A stretch of 64,000 nt of DNA from Amoebidium appalachense (Eukaryota > Protista > Ichthyosporea), in the NCBI GenBank assembly GCA_963693365.1, contig CAVNZM010000006.1, positions 4,116,267 through 4,180,266 of the forward strand, in the 5' to 3' direction. The notes beneath the pieces were generated by a model, which was not told where the DNA came from, made no database searches, and saw only the letters and a program-made list of their open reading frames with translations. Of the stretch, positions 1 to 28,600 are shown piece by piece. Within the stretch, counting starts at the first letter, position 1, and every line of letters starts with the position of its first letter. Both the position numbers and the translations under genes were made by a program.

Positions 1-1016
1 ACACACGTGTACACATACATGCGCACTGTGACACTAAGCACACGGTACACAGACTTCAGGGCTAACAATTCTTTCATCGGCCAGTAGCTCTTCCTCAGTT
101 CCCATCCCCCCCCCCCTCCCCCCCCCCCTCCCCCCCCCCCCCTTCGCGCCCTGCACATGGCCACACGCGTACGCCAGACAACAAACTGAGTCCCAAGCTT
201 ATTATGCATGCATGGAAGCTTCTACAGCTGCTACCCCTGGCACACCACATTGCACATACTGAATACACCGAGGCTGTGTCATGACGATGCACATGTATCA
301 TGTTTTAATCAACAAGTTGCGCATTGCCTTAAATATGCCATATGAAATGGACTCTTTGAACTATTTTTTGACCTTGCCGCCAAGTCTAGCTGATCACAGT
401 TAACGATAACGTTGTCCCGCAAATACTGCTGGCCTTGAACCAAAACTAATCAGAGAACTTTCACCACGCAGTGCCACCGGCGCAAACGACAGCTTGACAA
501 TGAAGGTCTGAGAAAGGCACGTTGCAAAGTTTAACTGCCAACCGGCGGTTGCTCACCGACTGTTACTCACTCTTATCTTATAAATACTTACCAATACCTT
601 TATATTATGTGGAAATTATGACGAAAAACAAGCGGTGGTGCTTTACAATAGGCTTCCCGAGTAATCAATAAACTATCGTTGCAGTATTTATCCCTGCTGA
701 AGCCCCTGATAACCGCAGAGGAACGCGGCAGCAAAGCTTGTACTTGATATGCATGGAGGTACGTACAGGCAGCGGTTCGGATGTGAAACGTGAGCCACGT
801 GTGGGTTTTTTTCACGATTCATAATCATCCTGGTGTGTTTGGTACCGGTGTAATTTTGTTTTTGCCGGAGTTGATACAGGCCGACTCATCATAACATCAC
901 CGATTTTTGAATTGGTGGTAGCTTAGAATCGATATGACCGGGTATTCTTGTTACCCGTTGGTTATGCCTTCAGAATGCTAGGGGACAGAGAGGGAGGGAG
1001 GGGGGAGGTGGCCATG

Positions 1017-1051
<35 letters not shown>

Positions 1052-1504
1052 GGGGGTGGGGGGAAGGGGGGGGGGGGGGGGGGATCTGATTCGTGCAAAG
1101 AAAGCTGAGCATATCAAGGGCACTGGTATACCTGGATATGCGCATGCGCCAGTCCGACTACTAGTTCTAGGGTACTAAGTTCTCTCACGATGTGACTGGT
1201 AACTCAGGATCGGTCGGTATACAGCTGTTTGATCTTTGCACAAAGTATATCTTCTCGCTGAAACAATGGCATCTCACTTGGCAATAATCATAATGATTAT
1301 TAGCTACTGAATTTAGTGCATGATGTGTGTGTGTGCACGTGTGTGACATGTACATGTCGTAAGTTGCACCGAATGACGGCCTATGGCACACGAAAGCTTT
1401 AATTATCAAAAACAATGTGGAAAAGGCCCATGTACACATGCGAGTTTTGCACAGTGTCACGTGTGTTCTACGTGAACGTGCATTCGAAATCTCTGAAGTA
1501 TTCA

Positions 1505-1735
1505 CTTTCTTTCTTTTATTTTATCCCCTTTTGTTCCCACAGGGACCCCGGGGGCCCTACACATAGGGGGTCCTCGGAGGAAGTACTATCGTTTTCCACA
1601 CAGCACCGACACGGTATCCTAGTTAGGGTGTCAAAGGTCCAATCAGCTACGACCCAGTGGCACCGTTACCACAAACCTAACTTAGTAAACACTTAGCCCA
1701 GGGTTTACATCCCAGCCTCGTATTCTCTGGTGATG
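1505..1735 (-). mobile_element. Retroposon 3'-end/SINE-like family 2, copy 1
   Basis: Shares ordered blocks (AAACCCTGGGCTA, AGTTAGG, CACCCTARCTA, CGGTGYTG.GYGGAARACGRTAG, GGGAACAAA, A-rich tail) with 33868-34016 and 34985-35233. Confidence 0.6.
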
Positions 1736-1840
1736 ATTCGAATCTTTCGGAAGCATTCCAACTTCTCAAATTGGCAACCACCTTACAGACTTCATGACGA
1801 GGTTTATTGTGGCTAAATTAGTAATAGTTCAGTCCACGTC

Positions 1841-1911
<71 letters not shown>

Positions 1912-2112
1912 TTGTGTGTGTGTGTGTGTGACAGTGTGTGTGCGTATGTGCGTTTCCCTACATGTGTGTATGCATGCGTGCGTGTGTGTGCGTGCGTGCG
2001 TGCGTGTGCGTGTGTGCGTGTCTGAATTATGGCATGGGCGTGTGCGTGTGGGCATGCATGCCTGCGTGCGTGTATGTACAACAGTGCGTGCGGGCTACGT
2101 GTTTGTACACGT

Positions 2113-2222
<110 letters not shown>

Positions 2223-2692
2223 ACGTGTAATATTCGCGTGTGTGTGCACGTTTGTGCGTGTGTGTGCGCGCGCCGCTGCTGACAGTTTGTGCGCGTGCCT
2301 GGGCCGGGTTCGAATCCTTGTTTTCTTTAGCTCCTTGTTTTCTTTAGCTCCTTGTTTTCTTTAGCTGGAGTTCGAACCGTGAGTCCTGAAGCTGATCATG
2401 CGTGAGCCTGAGCCTCACTACATAGTACACATTCAAATATGTACGTTTTCTCTCTAGTAATCACGCATTACTCGAAGTCGTACTTTTCTTTTTGTAGCCC
2501 GCTTAGCCAGTAGGACTGAGCTGGAAAACGCAGCAGGTCAGACATGGCGACGCTGGGCACTCTACCAAGCAAATGAAAGTGTGCAAACCCCGAATGGTAA
2601 GGGATTTTTGAATTTGAAATGGGGGGGGGAAGAGTAGTAAATATCGACGTCCCCCCTGGTGGTACCCCCCCCCCCCCCCTCCCCAAGGTAGC

Positions 2693-2922
2693 CGGGATAT
2701 GCATCAGTGGCCAAAACGAATACCGTCTTTGGTGGGTGGAAACTTCGGAGACCCTATAATCATTGGGCCATGATCACGCGCATGCATGGGGAGAAGGGGG
2801 GGGGAGGGGGGGGGGGGGAGGGGGGGGACCCACCACCCCACTCGGCCAGGTGGGTCCCTCCCCCCCCGCAAGTTTCCACCCACCAAAGACGGTATTCGTT
2901 TTGGCCACTGATGCATATCCCG
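2693..2922. mobile_element. MITE-like element with a perfect 53-bp inverted repeat
   Basis: 2693-2745 is the exact reverse complement of 2870-2922; the core starts CAGTGG and is flanked by ATGCAT on both sides. Confidence 0.7.
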
Positions 2923-3140
2923 TTCCTCTTCCCCCCCCTCCCCCCCCCCCCTCATACACACACACACTCACGTGCACACACACACACGTACGACACACAC
3001 GCGCGCGCGCACCCATACATGCACACACGCACGTGCACGCGCGCGCATGCGTAGCCGTACACACACACGCACACGCACACGCACACATGTATGTACACAC
3101 AGTGTCACACACACACACGCACACACACACACACACGCAC

Positions 3141-3171
<31 letters not shown>

Positions 3172-3263
3172 ACAGACACACACACACACACACAGACGCG
3201 CACGCGCGCGCGCGCGCGCGCCCGTACACGCACAGGCACACGCACACACATGCAATGTCACAC

Positions 3264-3355
<92 letters not shown>

Positions 3356-3610
3356 CCCACCCGTTCGTGCCCCCCCCCGCGGGGGGGGGGGGGGGGGAGG
3401 GGGGGGAGGGGGGGGGGGGGGGGGGCCGGGGGAGTATGACCGTATGGCATAGCCTGAGTTGCAAGTGATTAAGGAATCCTATTAGTTAGCCTCAATGTTT
3501 ACGTTTTGGCCGCCAGTGTATGTAAACTGCTGCTAATTATAGTATTTTATGTGATCAGGTTATCTGATATATTACCTTCACATGATGTCAGCCTATGGGG
3601 TGGGTGGGTC

Positions 3611-3691
<81 letters not shown>

Positions 3692-4730
3692 TGCTAGCCG
3701 GAGGGGTGGGTGGGTCCCTCCCCCCCCCCTCCCCCCCCCCCCCCCCCCCCCCCTTCCCCCCCTTCCAAAACGTTTAACTACTACTACCCCCCTCCCCATT
3801 TCAAAATCAAATATCTTTTTTTTATGGCTTCACTGGGGCTCCCCAAAAACTCCGTTGACGGGAGTTGGCGGGGCCTTGGTGGGGCACAAGTATTATGAGA
3901 GAGTGACACTGAGCGTGAGTGAGCGAGCATGCCATTGCCCGGGCTGCAAAATGCCCTTTAAAAATCCTAAACCTCAATGAAGGTTTTTATCACATCTTAA
4001 TTTGCATAAATTCAAAAATAACGTCTTTATCCCCAAGTACTGGGCACGAGACTCGACGAGTCGAGTAGAACTGACTTCAACTGAGCAATAACAAAGAACT
4101 TCTAATAATGCGAAATTTTTAAAAATTTATGATACGCCCCATTCAAGATAGTTGTGGGAGATCTTGAGTGATGCGCATTCAGCCAATCAACGCGAGCCTG
4201 CATGAAGTGTGTTTCCACGTCATCTACAAATGTTACAGCACAACTCAAAGTTTGCCAAATACATACAGACCCAAGCCCATGTTTTCCAAATGATGAGAAG
4301 GCATGCCTAATTCTGCAAAGTGGGCTATAAAGCGAGTGGTGTTAAGTTTTTTTTTTTGGATAATTTCAATACTGTGAACTCCTAGAGGCCTTCATCCTCT
4401 TAACTTACTTAAAACTGTACTATACATGTGTAGGATGAGGGAGTTGCTTGAGCAGGCACATCTGGTTCGGTCTACCGTACAAGTGTAGAAAGCTCACGAG
4501 AGGTGCGCGATTTTTTTAGTCACTTCGAATTTTATGCCATTTCTTGCTGTTGGTACATCCTGGCATTCAAGTCTCGGTTACCATCGGGGATTTAAACACT
4601 AGATGCCATAGTCATGTTAATATAGTGCATCTTTTGGATTAAAATGAAGGTGGAAGTGTCCACAAACCCGCTACGTTCGCTATGGGAAAAGGGAGGGCCT
4701 CTGCACGGCAACTCGCGGCGAAAATGCCAA

Positions 4731-20240
<15,510 letters not shown>

Positions 20241-20602
20241 GCGGCCCACCCGTTTGTTGTCGGGAATTTTCATAGTGCAAATGTTTCTATTGTGTATGAG
20301 TGTTCAAGTAACCATATGCTCTTTGGGTGTACATGTGCATGTGTGGTAGTAGTGCGCAAATATTAAAACATAATCTTTAAACGTGGCATGCACTTATAGC
20401 AGAGTTGGAGTAGTAACCAAATGGTAATTGGCCGCGGTTTTGTGATCTGTTAGGGAAATTCAATGTGTTTGTGTGTAAGCACTGCAAAAAATGCATGTGA
20501 GATTGATGAATGAATGTGTAAAGATACAATGGCTTGTATGATACTGTTTATGTTGGGCTTCAAGTTGCAGGCCTCTGCTCCCTGCGCACTAGGGATAAGT
20601 GT

Positions 20603-20637
<35 letters not shown>

Positions 20638-21675
20638 AGTGCGTGCGTGCGTGCATGCGTGCGTGTGTGCGTGTGTGCGTGTGTGTGTATGTGTGTGCGT
20701 GCGCGCGCGTGTGCATATGTGTGTGCGTGGGTGCGTGGGTGCGTGCGAATGTGTGTGTAGGTACCCAGTGGTTTTCCACAAAGCAAAAATTGAAGTTAAC
20801 GGTCATCGATTCATTCATAGTTCTAAGGTGGTTAATATTTCTAAAATGAAATACACCAAGCACAGAGAATAATATGAGCATATTGTGTAATTGTGCATAG
20901 CGTGTGTCTGTTTAGATCCTGCAGGTTATGTCGTAAGTGGGTGACGAATTTTGCTTTAACATGGACACATTTAAAGGTCGTATAAAATAAAATCGGAGTC
21001 GTTATATCTGCTGGTATCGAGGCTGGTCCTTGGCCACACACATAGAAATTCCACAAATGTTTTATCAAAACTTCACAGGATATTCCCTGCTAATTGTGCG
21101 GCATGTGTTTTTCATGGCTCCAAATCGGTTCACAGCCCGTGTATATGAAGGGCATGGAATGTGATATTTCCAGGCATGTAAAAAATGTGCATTGGCAATC
21201 TCATGCGGCATACCAGTACCAAATTGAATGGGTACTACTGTTCATGGACAGGGAGAAATATTACCGATGCAGTCAGATTGTCAACTTTTTGTATTCTTTG
21301 AATTTTACATTCCAATTCCCCCGACTGTTTTGTGTTTGTCTTTCCTCCCTGTGCGTGTACGTGTGGGTGGGTGGTGGAAGGAGGGGGGGGGGGGGGGGGG
21401 GGGGGGCGCCTATGCGCATGTGTTTGTGTTTTTGTACGGGTGTCTGTGTGTGCTTGTGCGTGTGTGTGTTTGTGTGTACGGGTGTCTGTGTGTGCTTGTG
21501 CGTGTGTGTGTTTGCGTGTGCATTTGTATATGCCCTTGCGCCATGATGTTGCAACTCTGGCGGGTGGGTGAAGGTGTGTGTGCGTCTGTGTGTGGAAGGG
21601 GGGGGGGGGGGGGGGGGGTCTTCGATCGCACGTGTGGAACTCTACGTTAAAGAGATGGGGTGAAGGGGTAAGGAT

Positions 21676-21709
<34 letters not shown>

Positions 21710-22549
21710 GTTGCCCACCAGATACTTTTGCAGGGTTACGACAAACGAATGTGTACCTTCAATTTAAACCAAGAGAAGATATGTACATTTTCTGTCATTC
21801 CTATATTCGAACCTTTGCACTGAAAACCCCTTCAACCAATCGGAAGCTTTTGCTTAAGCGATAAATTCATATTAAATGAACGGTGACGTATACAAACATG
21901 TTTTTCCGTGCAGGAAGGAGTTTTAAAATTCACCGTTTTATTGAAGTCTTTCGATTCGTCACAGCCCGCTTTCGGTGGGTACCAGGGACCCCCCGGAAGA
22001 GCTTGATACCAACTTTACAGGCTTTAGCGGTGGTCATGTATCAAACAGTTGAAATGGTAGTTTTATTAGTTCGCTTTTTGGTTCCAAGAGTCAAATGTAA
22101 CAATCCTAATTAATTATTAGGCAAATTGAAGCGAAACTAAAACTGGCATCTTAGTAGCTAGCTCGGAAATACGAATATGAATACGGGGAAGGCAGTTGCT
22201 AGAGCTGTGCAAATTAGGCACTTATCACAAAACTAGTAACACCAGGCAGTGGAAATCATTCAGCAAGGTTTCATGTTGTCTTACTGGCAGGCTTTACAAG
22301 CATAGTGAGGATATGCTATGATAAAACAGTTCAAAGGTTGAAAGTTTGTGCACTGGTGATGACATATGTACACCGGAGCAGAAACCAAATACAAGGGAAC
22401 CCGAGTTGCAAGTTGGTTTAGGCCAGAGATAGGTTCATTAAGGACACTGCAGGGGAGCACCAAGATGAGCTCACTTATATACAAAAAATGAATTTGAGAG
22501 CCTGCGAAACAGCAATTTTTTTTAAAAAAAAAGAAAACCTCCAATTTTG

Positions 22550-23224
22550 CTACCATACGCAGGCAGCAGCTTCGTCCTCCAGCGAGCGCCAAACATCCTC
22601 GTCAATGTCGTTCGTCTTTCTACACACGGGGGCCGTGGACGCCTTCGTGCCCGTGTACATGTTAGGTACATACCAGCACAACTCCGGATCTTCGCTTTTT
22701 TCATCACAAAAACTGGGAACACCCATCTTCACACCCTCGGTTATGCTTTGGAGCGATTCGTTTCCAACCAGCATGGAGCGAAAACGCCACGTGTTGCATT
22801 CGACACGGGGAGAATACGTCTCTGACAGTGTGCGACACACGGAGTGGGACATAGAAGGTGCGGATTCAGAACGATGGTAGAGGTTTGTTTTGTGCCCAGA
22901 TAAAGAAGAGACATCTGGTGCGGTTTCGTAGAAGGACGGGCGGTGTGAGAGGTCGCTGTGGCGGCACGAATAGTCGAAAAGTGTCGTGAAGGTGTTGTTC
23001 TTCTCTTGCTCGTCGTGGGTGTTGACGTGGTGGTGGAGAGAGTGGGCAGCGGCGGTGATTTTGTGCTTGGCGGTGTGCACGTATGCTTGGAGGGAAGACA
23101 GGCTACGTTTTGCCTTCGTGCCTGCGTTATGCACTACCTCTGTAACCCCCTCGCGTTTTGTTGTTGTTTTAGCAGCGGTCTGTGCAATTTGGGCCGGGTC
23201 CGAAAAAAATCTCGGTTTGCACAT
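22550..23224 (-). CDS. Intronless 224-aa hypothetical protein (Ser/Thr/His-rich)
   Basis: Open frame in non-repetitive sequence, A-rich leader before the ATG, TATA-like box upstream; no family motif recognised. Confidence 0.6.
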   Translation of the reverse strand: MCKPRFFSDPAQIAQTAAKTTTKREGVTEVVHNAGTKAKRSLSSLQAYVHTAKHKITAAAHSLHHHVNTHDEQEKNNTFTTLFDYSCRHSDLSHRPSFYETAPDVSSLSGHKTNLYHRSESAPSMSHSVCRTLSETYSPRVECNTWRFRSMLVGNESLQSITEGVKMGVPSFCDEKSEDPELCWYVPNMYTGTKASTAPVCRKTNDIDEDVWRSLEDEAAACVW

Positions 23225-23390
23225 TTTTCAAAGTTCTTACTTTTCTTTTTCTTTTTTTTTTCGTTTTTTTCTTTTTTTTCTTTTTTTTTCTTTTTTTTTT
23301 TCCCCCTTTATGTGTCGTCCGAATTCGTACATGCTCATTCTGAAACGGTGGACGTGCCGTAACTGACACTCAGTCGGCCCTGCGACCACC

Positions 23391-23400
23391 CTTTTATAAG
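23391..23400 (-). promoter_or_regulatory. TATA box (CTTATAAAAG) upstream of the 224-aa ORF
   Basis: Reverse complement of cttttataag contains TATAAAAG, ~170 bp before the ATG at 23224. Confidence 0.45.
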
Positions 23401-24099
23401 TCTCGTCACTGGGCGACTGGACCCCCCTAGACTTTTCTCATGTCTTCTACAAACCGTTTTTTGGCAGCTCCTGCGAACTGTTTGGAAGCCATCAGGCGTT
23501 CGCGCGCACCCATTAAAAATACCATACAACCATAGTTGATAGACTTATTACACTTATTCTCTCATAACATAGGTGTACATGTGTTTCGATGATTTAAGGG
23601 CAATAACAGCTTGTAAGGGGGCCAAGCCGTGGGGAGGTTAGGGATCACAGAGGTATGGTGCGTGGGGGTGCGTGCCACTGCGTGGGCTTCTTCCTCGTTT
23701 TCATTGCTACACAGATTGTAGTTTAGAGCAGTCCCGAATGCAATGCCAAAGCCGCATGTGAGTGGCCAACACAGTTCGACCGTCATTCGACAGATGCCTG
23801 TAAATATATCATGATGAATCTTGAAATTCTTGCAAGCCCAGGACATGTGCTCATCATCATCGAGTGCTATTTTCAGCTGGTAGTCTGGTAGAACTTCAAG
23901 TACTGTACAGGTTTCAGCTTTCAAGTCAATTTTCGTCAAAATGAATTTACACGGCCAGGAAATATATACATATATATATTTCGAAATTCTCATATCGGTA
24001 TGATATTTCCAATTCGAGTACATGAAACTTAATGGCTAATTTACGGAATATTCAAAACTTGCGCACTTTAGCTTCTTATTGCATGGGAAGGTTTAAAGG

Positions 24100-24136
<37 letters not shown>

Positions 24137-25492
24137 TATTAAAGGAAGTTGTGTTATTTTTGGTGCAGGTACTGTTAGCCTTGCATGTCGAACATTCGAT
24201 AATAAAAGTAGATTCCATCTCTTCGGATACGAGGTCACGGGATATCTAGAATTGCATGATAGGTTTACAGGGGCTAAATTCATACTACCAATCATGTTTC
24301 ATGCTTTTTTGGACCACTTGGTCCACTAGGGCCGGCTCCTGTGAATTCATGAATGGCTGTGATGAACCCAAGGCCTCCTATATACTAACATTAGGAGGAT
24401 GAACCGCTGTTGACTATGAAGTATAACGTTTCAGTTTGTTATTATGTTCCTGTGACAGCCTGCAAGTTGCCCAGGCCTAGGGTTATCCCTCAGGGTTAAA
24501 ATTCTGATTTAAAAAAATTTGTTCAGCATTTCTTTGTTTTTCCGGCTCTCTCTCGGGCGTGATCACCTCGAAGCTACCGGTTCTCCGCTAATCACTAGCG
24601 CGGCTCGCACTATTCCTTCAAGTGCACATGAACGGATCCGAAAGCATTCGAGAAGTGACCGAGAGCCTTAGTCACTCTGAGTGCTGCCTCCCTGCGGCCT
24701 CTTCTTCTTCTTCTTCTTCTTTTTTTTTTTTTTGTTGCCGCAGGCGACCAGTAGGGCCCAGCCACTTACGTAAGCCAGCGGGTACAGTAGTCACTTGAGT
24801 GCTGTCTCCCTGCGGCCCGGCTCAACATACCTTGTATGTTGCGGCAGGCGGTCGACGTCCCGCGGCGTAGTAGTGCTCGAGCTCAGCCACTTACATACAT
24901 TAAGCCAGTGGGTACATAGCCTTGGAGACTACGGGTACAAAGCCTTGGAGACTACGAGAGCCTCTCGTTTCTTGTCACCTATTCTCCGACTCCGACTCTC
25001 GTCTCCGGGCCGAGAATACGAATTGCACTCCTAGCTAGCTCCAGCCTGGCACCGTAGTGGCACGGGGCCAAACAGACAACTGGGAATGACGGGGCATCGC
25101 CATCGCACGTGCGCATGCACGCAGGCCGGCCTGCAACTTGGCAAACTTGCCCTGCATCATGCATGCCCACGTACCCGCGGCCGTGACGGTCACGAACGGC
25201 CGCGGCATGCAGCTGTACATGTGGGGACGGTATGGTCGGCGGAGCCGGCCCGGTGAGTAGGTGACATATTCGAAAGCGATGAATGGATGTAACATAGGGG
25301 TTTACGCTGTTTACTCGAGGCAAAGAGAACCAGTCTCAGGTATGGGGGGGGGGGGGTTTGCTCGGAATATCCCCTCAGCGGTATATCTTGATCACGTACA
25401 TAGATGTCGGGTGGTGACTATATATCAGGGTTTACTTTCTCTACGAGACACCATAAAGACTACAAGGAGAAATCAATTAGTTGGGGTTCCCC

Positions 25493-25557
<65 letters not shown>

Positions 25558-25589
25558 GGGCTCCCCTCGGGACACTCGGTATCAGCTGG

Positions 25590-25666
<77 letters not shown>

Positions 25667-25670
25667 TGCG

Positions 25671-28600
25671 CTATAATTTTGTAGTGATGTGTTTCTCAAG
25701 CCAATCAATACATCTAATAACCAGGTCGTAGTTACGCGTGTTTAGTATAAAATCAAGGATGTTGTAATTTACAGGTAGGCTATCTTTCTGGGTGTCTGTT
25801 GTGAATGTGACGTGTGTGTGTTGCGGTATTATGTGGTCTATCAAACTACATTTGGCGATACATGACCGGTTAAACTGGTGTGTGTGTGTGTTGTTTGGGC
25901 ATGCAAATGATGCCACCTTATACTTATTAGATCTCCACTGTATAGCACGTGTACAGTAAAAGCGTGGTAATTGATCAATAATACCATCAGCTAGAGAAAG
26001 ACCAGTTCTACAGGAAGGTAATATGTATTTAGGTGTTATACACTTGCGAGTGCCATATTTGGCAATATGGTTGAGGCGGTCAGTATATATAAAACGAGAC
26101 ATAAGGCTTAGTTTTTCAAGGTGAATGCTTTCATCGGGTCTAGTGTCGTGTGGTATCTTTTTCCATTTGTTATATTGCGTGATTATCTTGTGATTGTGTA
26201 CATGTTTAATAAGTAAGTGGCAGTCCAAAGTCACACACACACTATTGCGGGGTTTATTTGTATTTGTGCCCAGGGGAGAAGGGGAGAGAGAGGGGAGGAA
26301 AGAGGGGAGAGGTGAGGAGGGGACAGGTCGGATAGAGAAGAGAGGGTGGGAGGGCAAATACTTCTTTAAGCGGCTTATGTGCTTATTGAATTTCAGCGCG
26401 AGATAGGATACTCTAGCAGCTATTGGGACCAGACCATATATCGAGAGCGTTACAGGCCCAGGTTTACAACAGTTGTTAGATAGAAAGGAGGCAACTTCTG
26501 CTTCAAGGAAATTTGCCAAGGGTTTAAGCGCTCTAGTTCTCTCTTTCTTGATCCAAGCGGCGAGAAGGGGTAAACCATATTCACATGCCGGGAAGACAAA
26601 AGTGCGAATAAATGTAAGTCTAATAGAAGGATGGAGGGGTGTGTCTTTAAAAATATTAGCCGAGAAGAAAGCTAACCGCTTACGAGCCAACTCTACCCTC
26701 TTTTCGACCATATGGGGAAACATAACACCAACAGAATCAACCGGAACACCAAGATATTTGTATTCTGGAACTATAGGTACAGGTTTAGATGATAATGTAA
26801 ATGTGTGTAAATTGTTAGCTATATCAGGTACAAGAACACCACATTTGTCTATGTTAAGGATCATAAGGTTTGCCTTGCACCACTCTGACACTACATCGAA
26901 CAATCTTTGCAGGCGTCTAGGGGTACGGGCAAGGAGGGACAGATCATCAGCATAGAGAAGTGCAGGCGGAAAGTTATTAATAGGGTCATCGTTTTCGGCG
27001 TAAATCTTGACAGCCAAATCATCTATAAATAGGTTAAACAAAAAGGGGCTAAGCAATGAACCCTGCAAGAGACCTCTAGTACGAGCAAAACCATATGAAA
27101 GATGCCCATTAACCACAGCTCTACCATAGGTTTGAGACAAGAGTGCTTCTAACAGAACACCAATGCAGTGTGGTACACCCCGTGCAGCAAGCTTTTCCCA
27201 TAGGAGACCAGGGGAGACAGAATCGTAAGCAGTTTTCCAATCAATAAAGCCAACATATTGTGCACCAACTTGCATAGAATCGTGCAGTGCCATTATTTGA
27301 ACATAACATGAATTGTTTTTACGAAAAGCGGATTGGCATGGGTGTATGTGAAGAATAGATTGAAACCTAGGGTGATGTGCAAATAACCTAAGTAAGCAAG
27401 CTTCAAAGAATCTACGAACAACCTGGGTTAGTGTAATGGGGCGAAAGGATGATATGGGGCCCTCAGAGTCCTTCTTAACTATGGGGATCACTAAGGTATC
27501 TAACCAAGATGACGGGACATGTCCACATTTAACACACCAAGAAAAGAGAGAGCTTAACATGATAGTAAGATCAGGTTTAATAGCACGATCACTTTCCTTT
27601 TGTGGGTAGGAGGGAACAAGGATTTTAAGAAACCCAGCAGGGAGTCCATCAGGTCCACAAGACTTACTAGAGCTATAACTAGATATCACAGACCATATGG
27701 CATCGGGACTGAAAAAGGGGAGGATCGATTCTATGGGGATAGATGGGTCTACAGGCCACACAATAGGTTTCTGAGCGGGGGTCCTATCTTTAAACAGTTC
27801 CGAGAAATACTTATCAGAGTCTATGAGGGGGTCTCCAGTGGTATCACCAATAATACGAGCAGGGGGGCCAAATCGATTCATACTAGCAAGCCGGCGCAAG
27901 CTTTCCTTTTGAGACAGGGGTTCACCTAGTCTAGCGGGAGTGGTGTTTGGTAACAAGAGAGCATCGGGATATTCCTTCCTACCACCGCCAGCATAATCAC
28001 CGAGATCTATCAAATCATCAACAATAAAGTTAGTGCATGTATCTAGTACGAGATGTGAATCTGGCCTGGCTTGTGCAGATTCTAATAGGCGCATATATAT
28101 AGGGTGTTTCGTAGCATAGCATACACATACATCAACTCTACCCCACTGTGACTTAAGCTGGGATAGACGGAGGCGAAAGGTGGGAGGGGGAGGGGGGAGC
28201 AGATCAAGGGAGATCTTAGGTAGGAAAAGGATAGGAGAGTGGTCAGATGACCTAGAGAGGTTAGGAGGGAGAGAGAGTTTTGACATGGTTGATGGCCAAA
28301 AGGCCACTCCCCAGTCGGTGTTGTGGGCATGGGATATTTGAGGGAACCGCAAAGTGTGACTTTGGACATACCTTGCTAAAGGGATAGCACGCTCCGGGGG
28401 CTTAGATGGGTACCCGACACTCACTTGCAGTGTGTCTGTGTGGTGGAGTCGCGTGTTAAAATCACCTAAAATAACAGTGGACATTGGTAACTGTGACAAC
28501 TCGTGAGTCAATTCGACAACCGACATAGATGGTGGGTAATATACAAAAGTAAAAACATTAGAAAGAAACTCTATAGAAACCGAGAATTCCGTTTTTGCTA

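Noticed and set aside
2300-2390. tRNA gene from GGTTCGAATCC B-box
   Set aside because: No A-box or cloverleaf; flanked by microsatellite and a 17-bp tandem repeat. At most a SINE remnant.
23562-24023. 153-aa ORF
   Set aside because: No recognisable motif or supporting signals; cannot be distinguished from chance.
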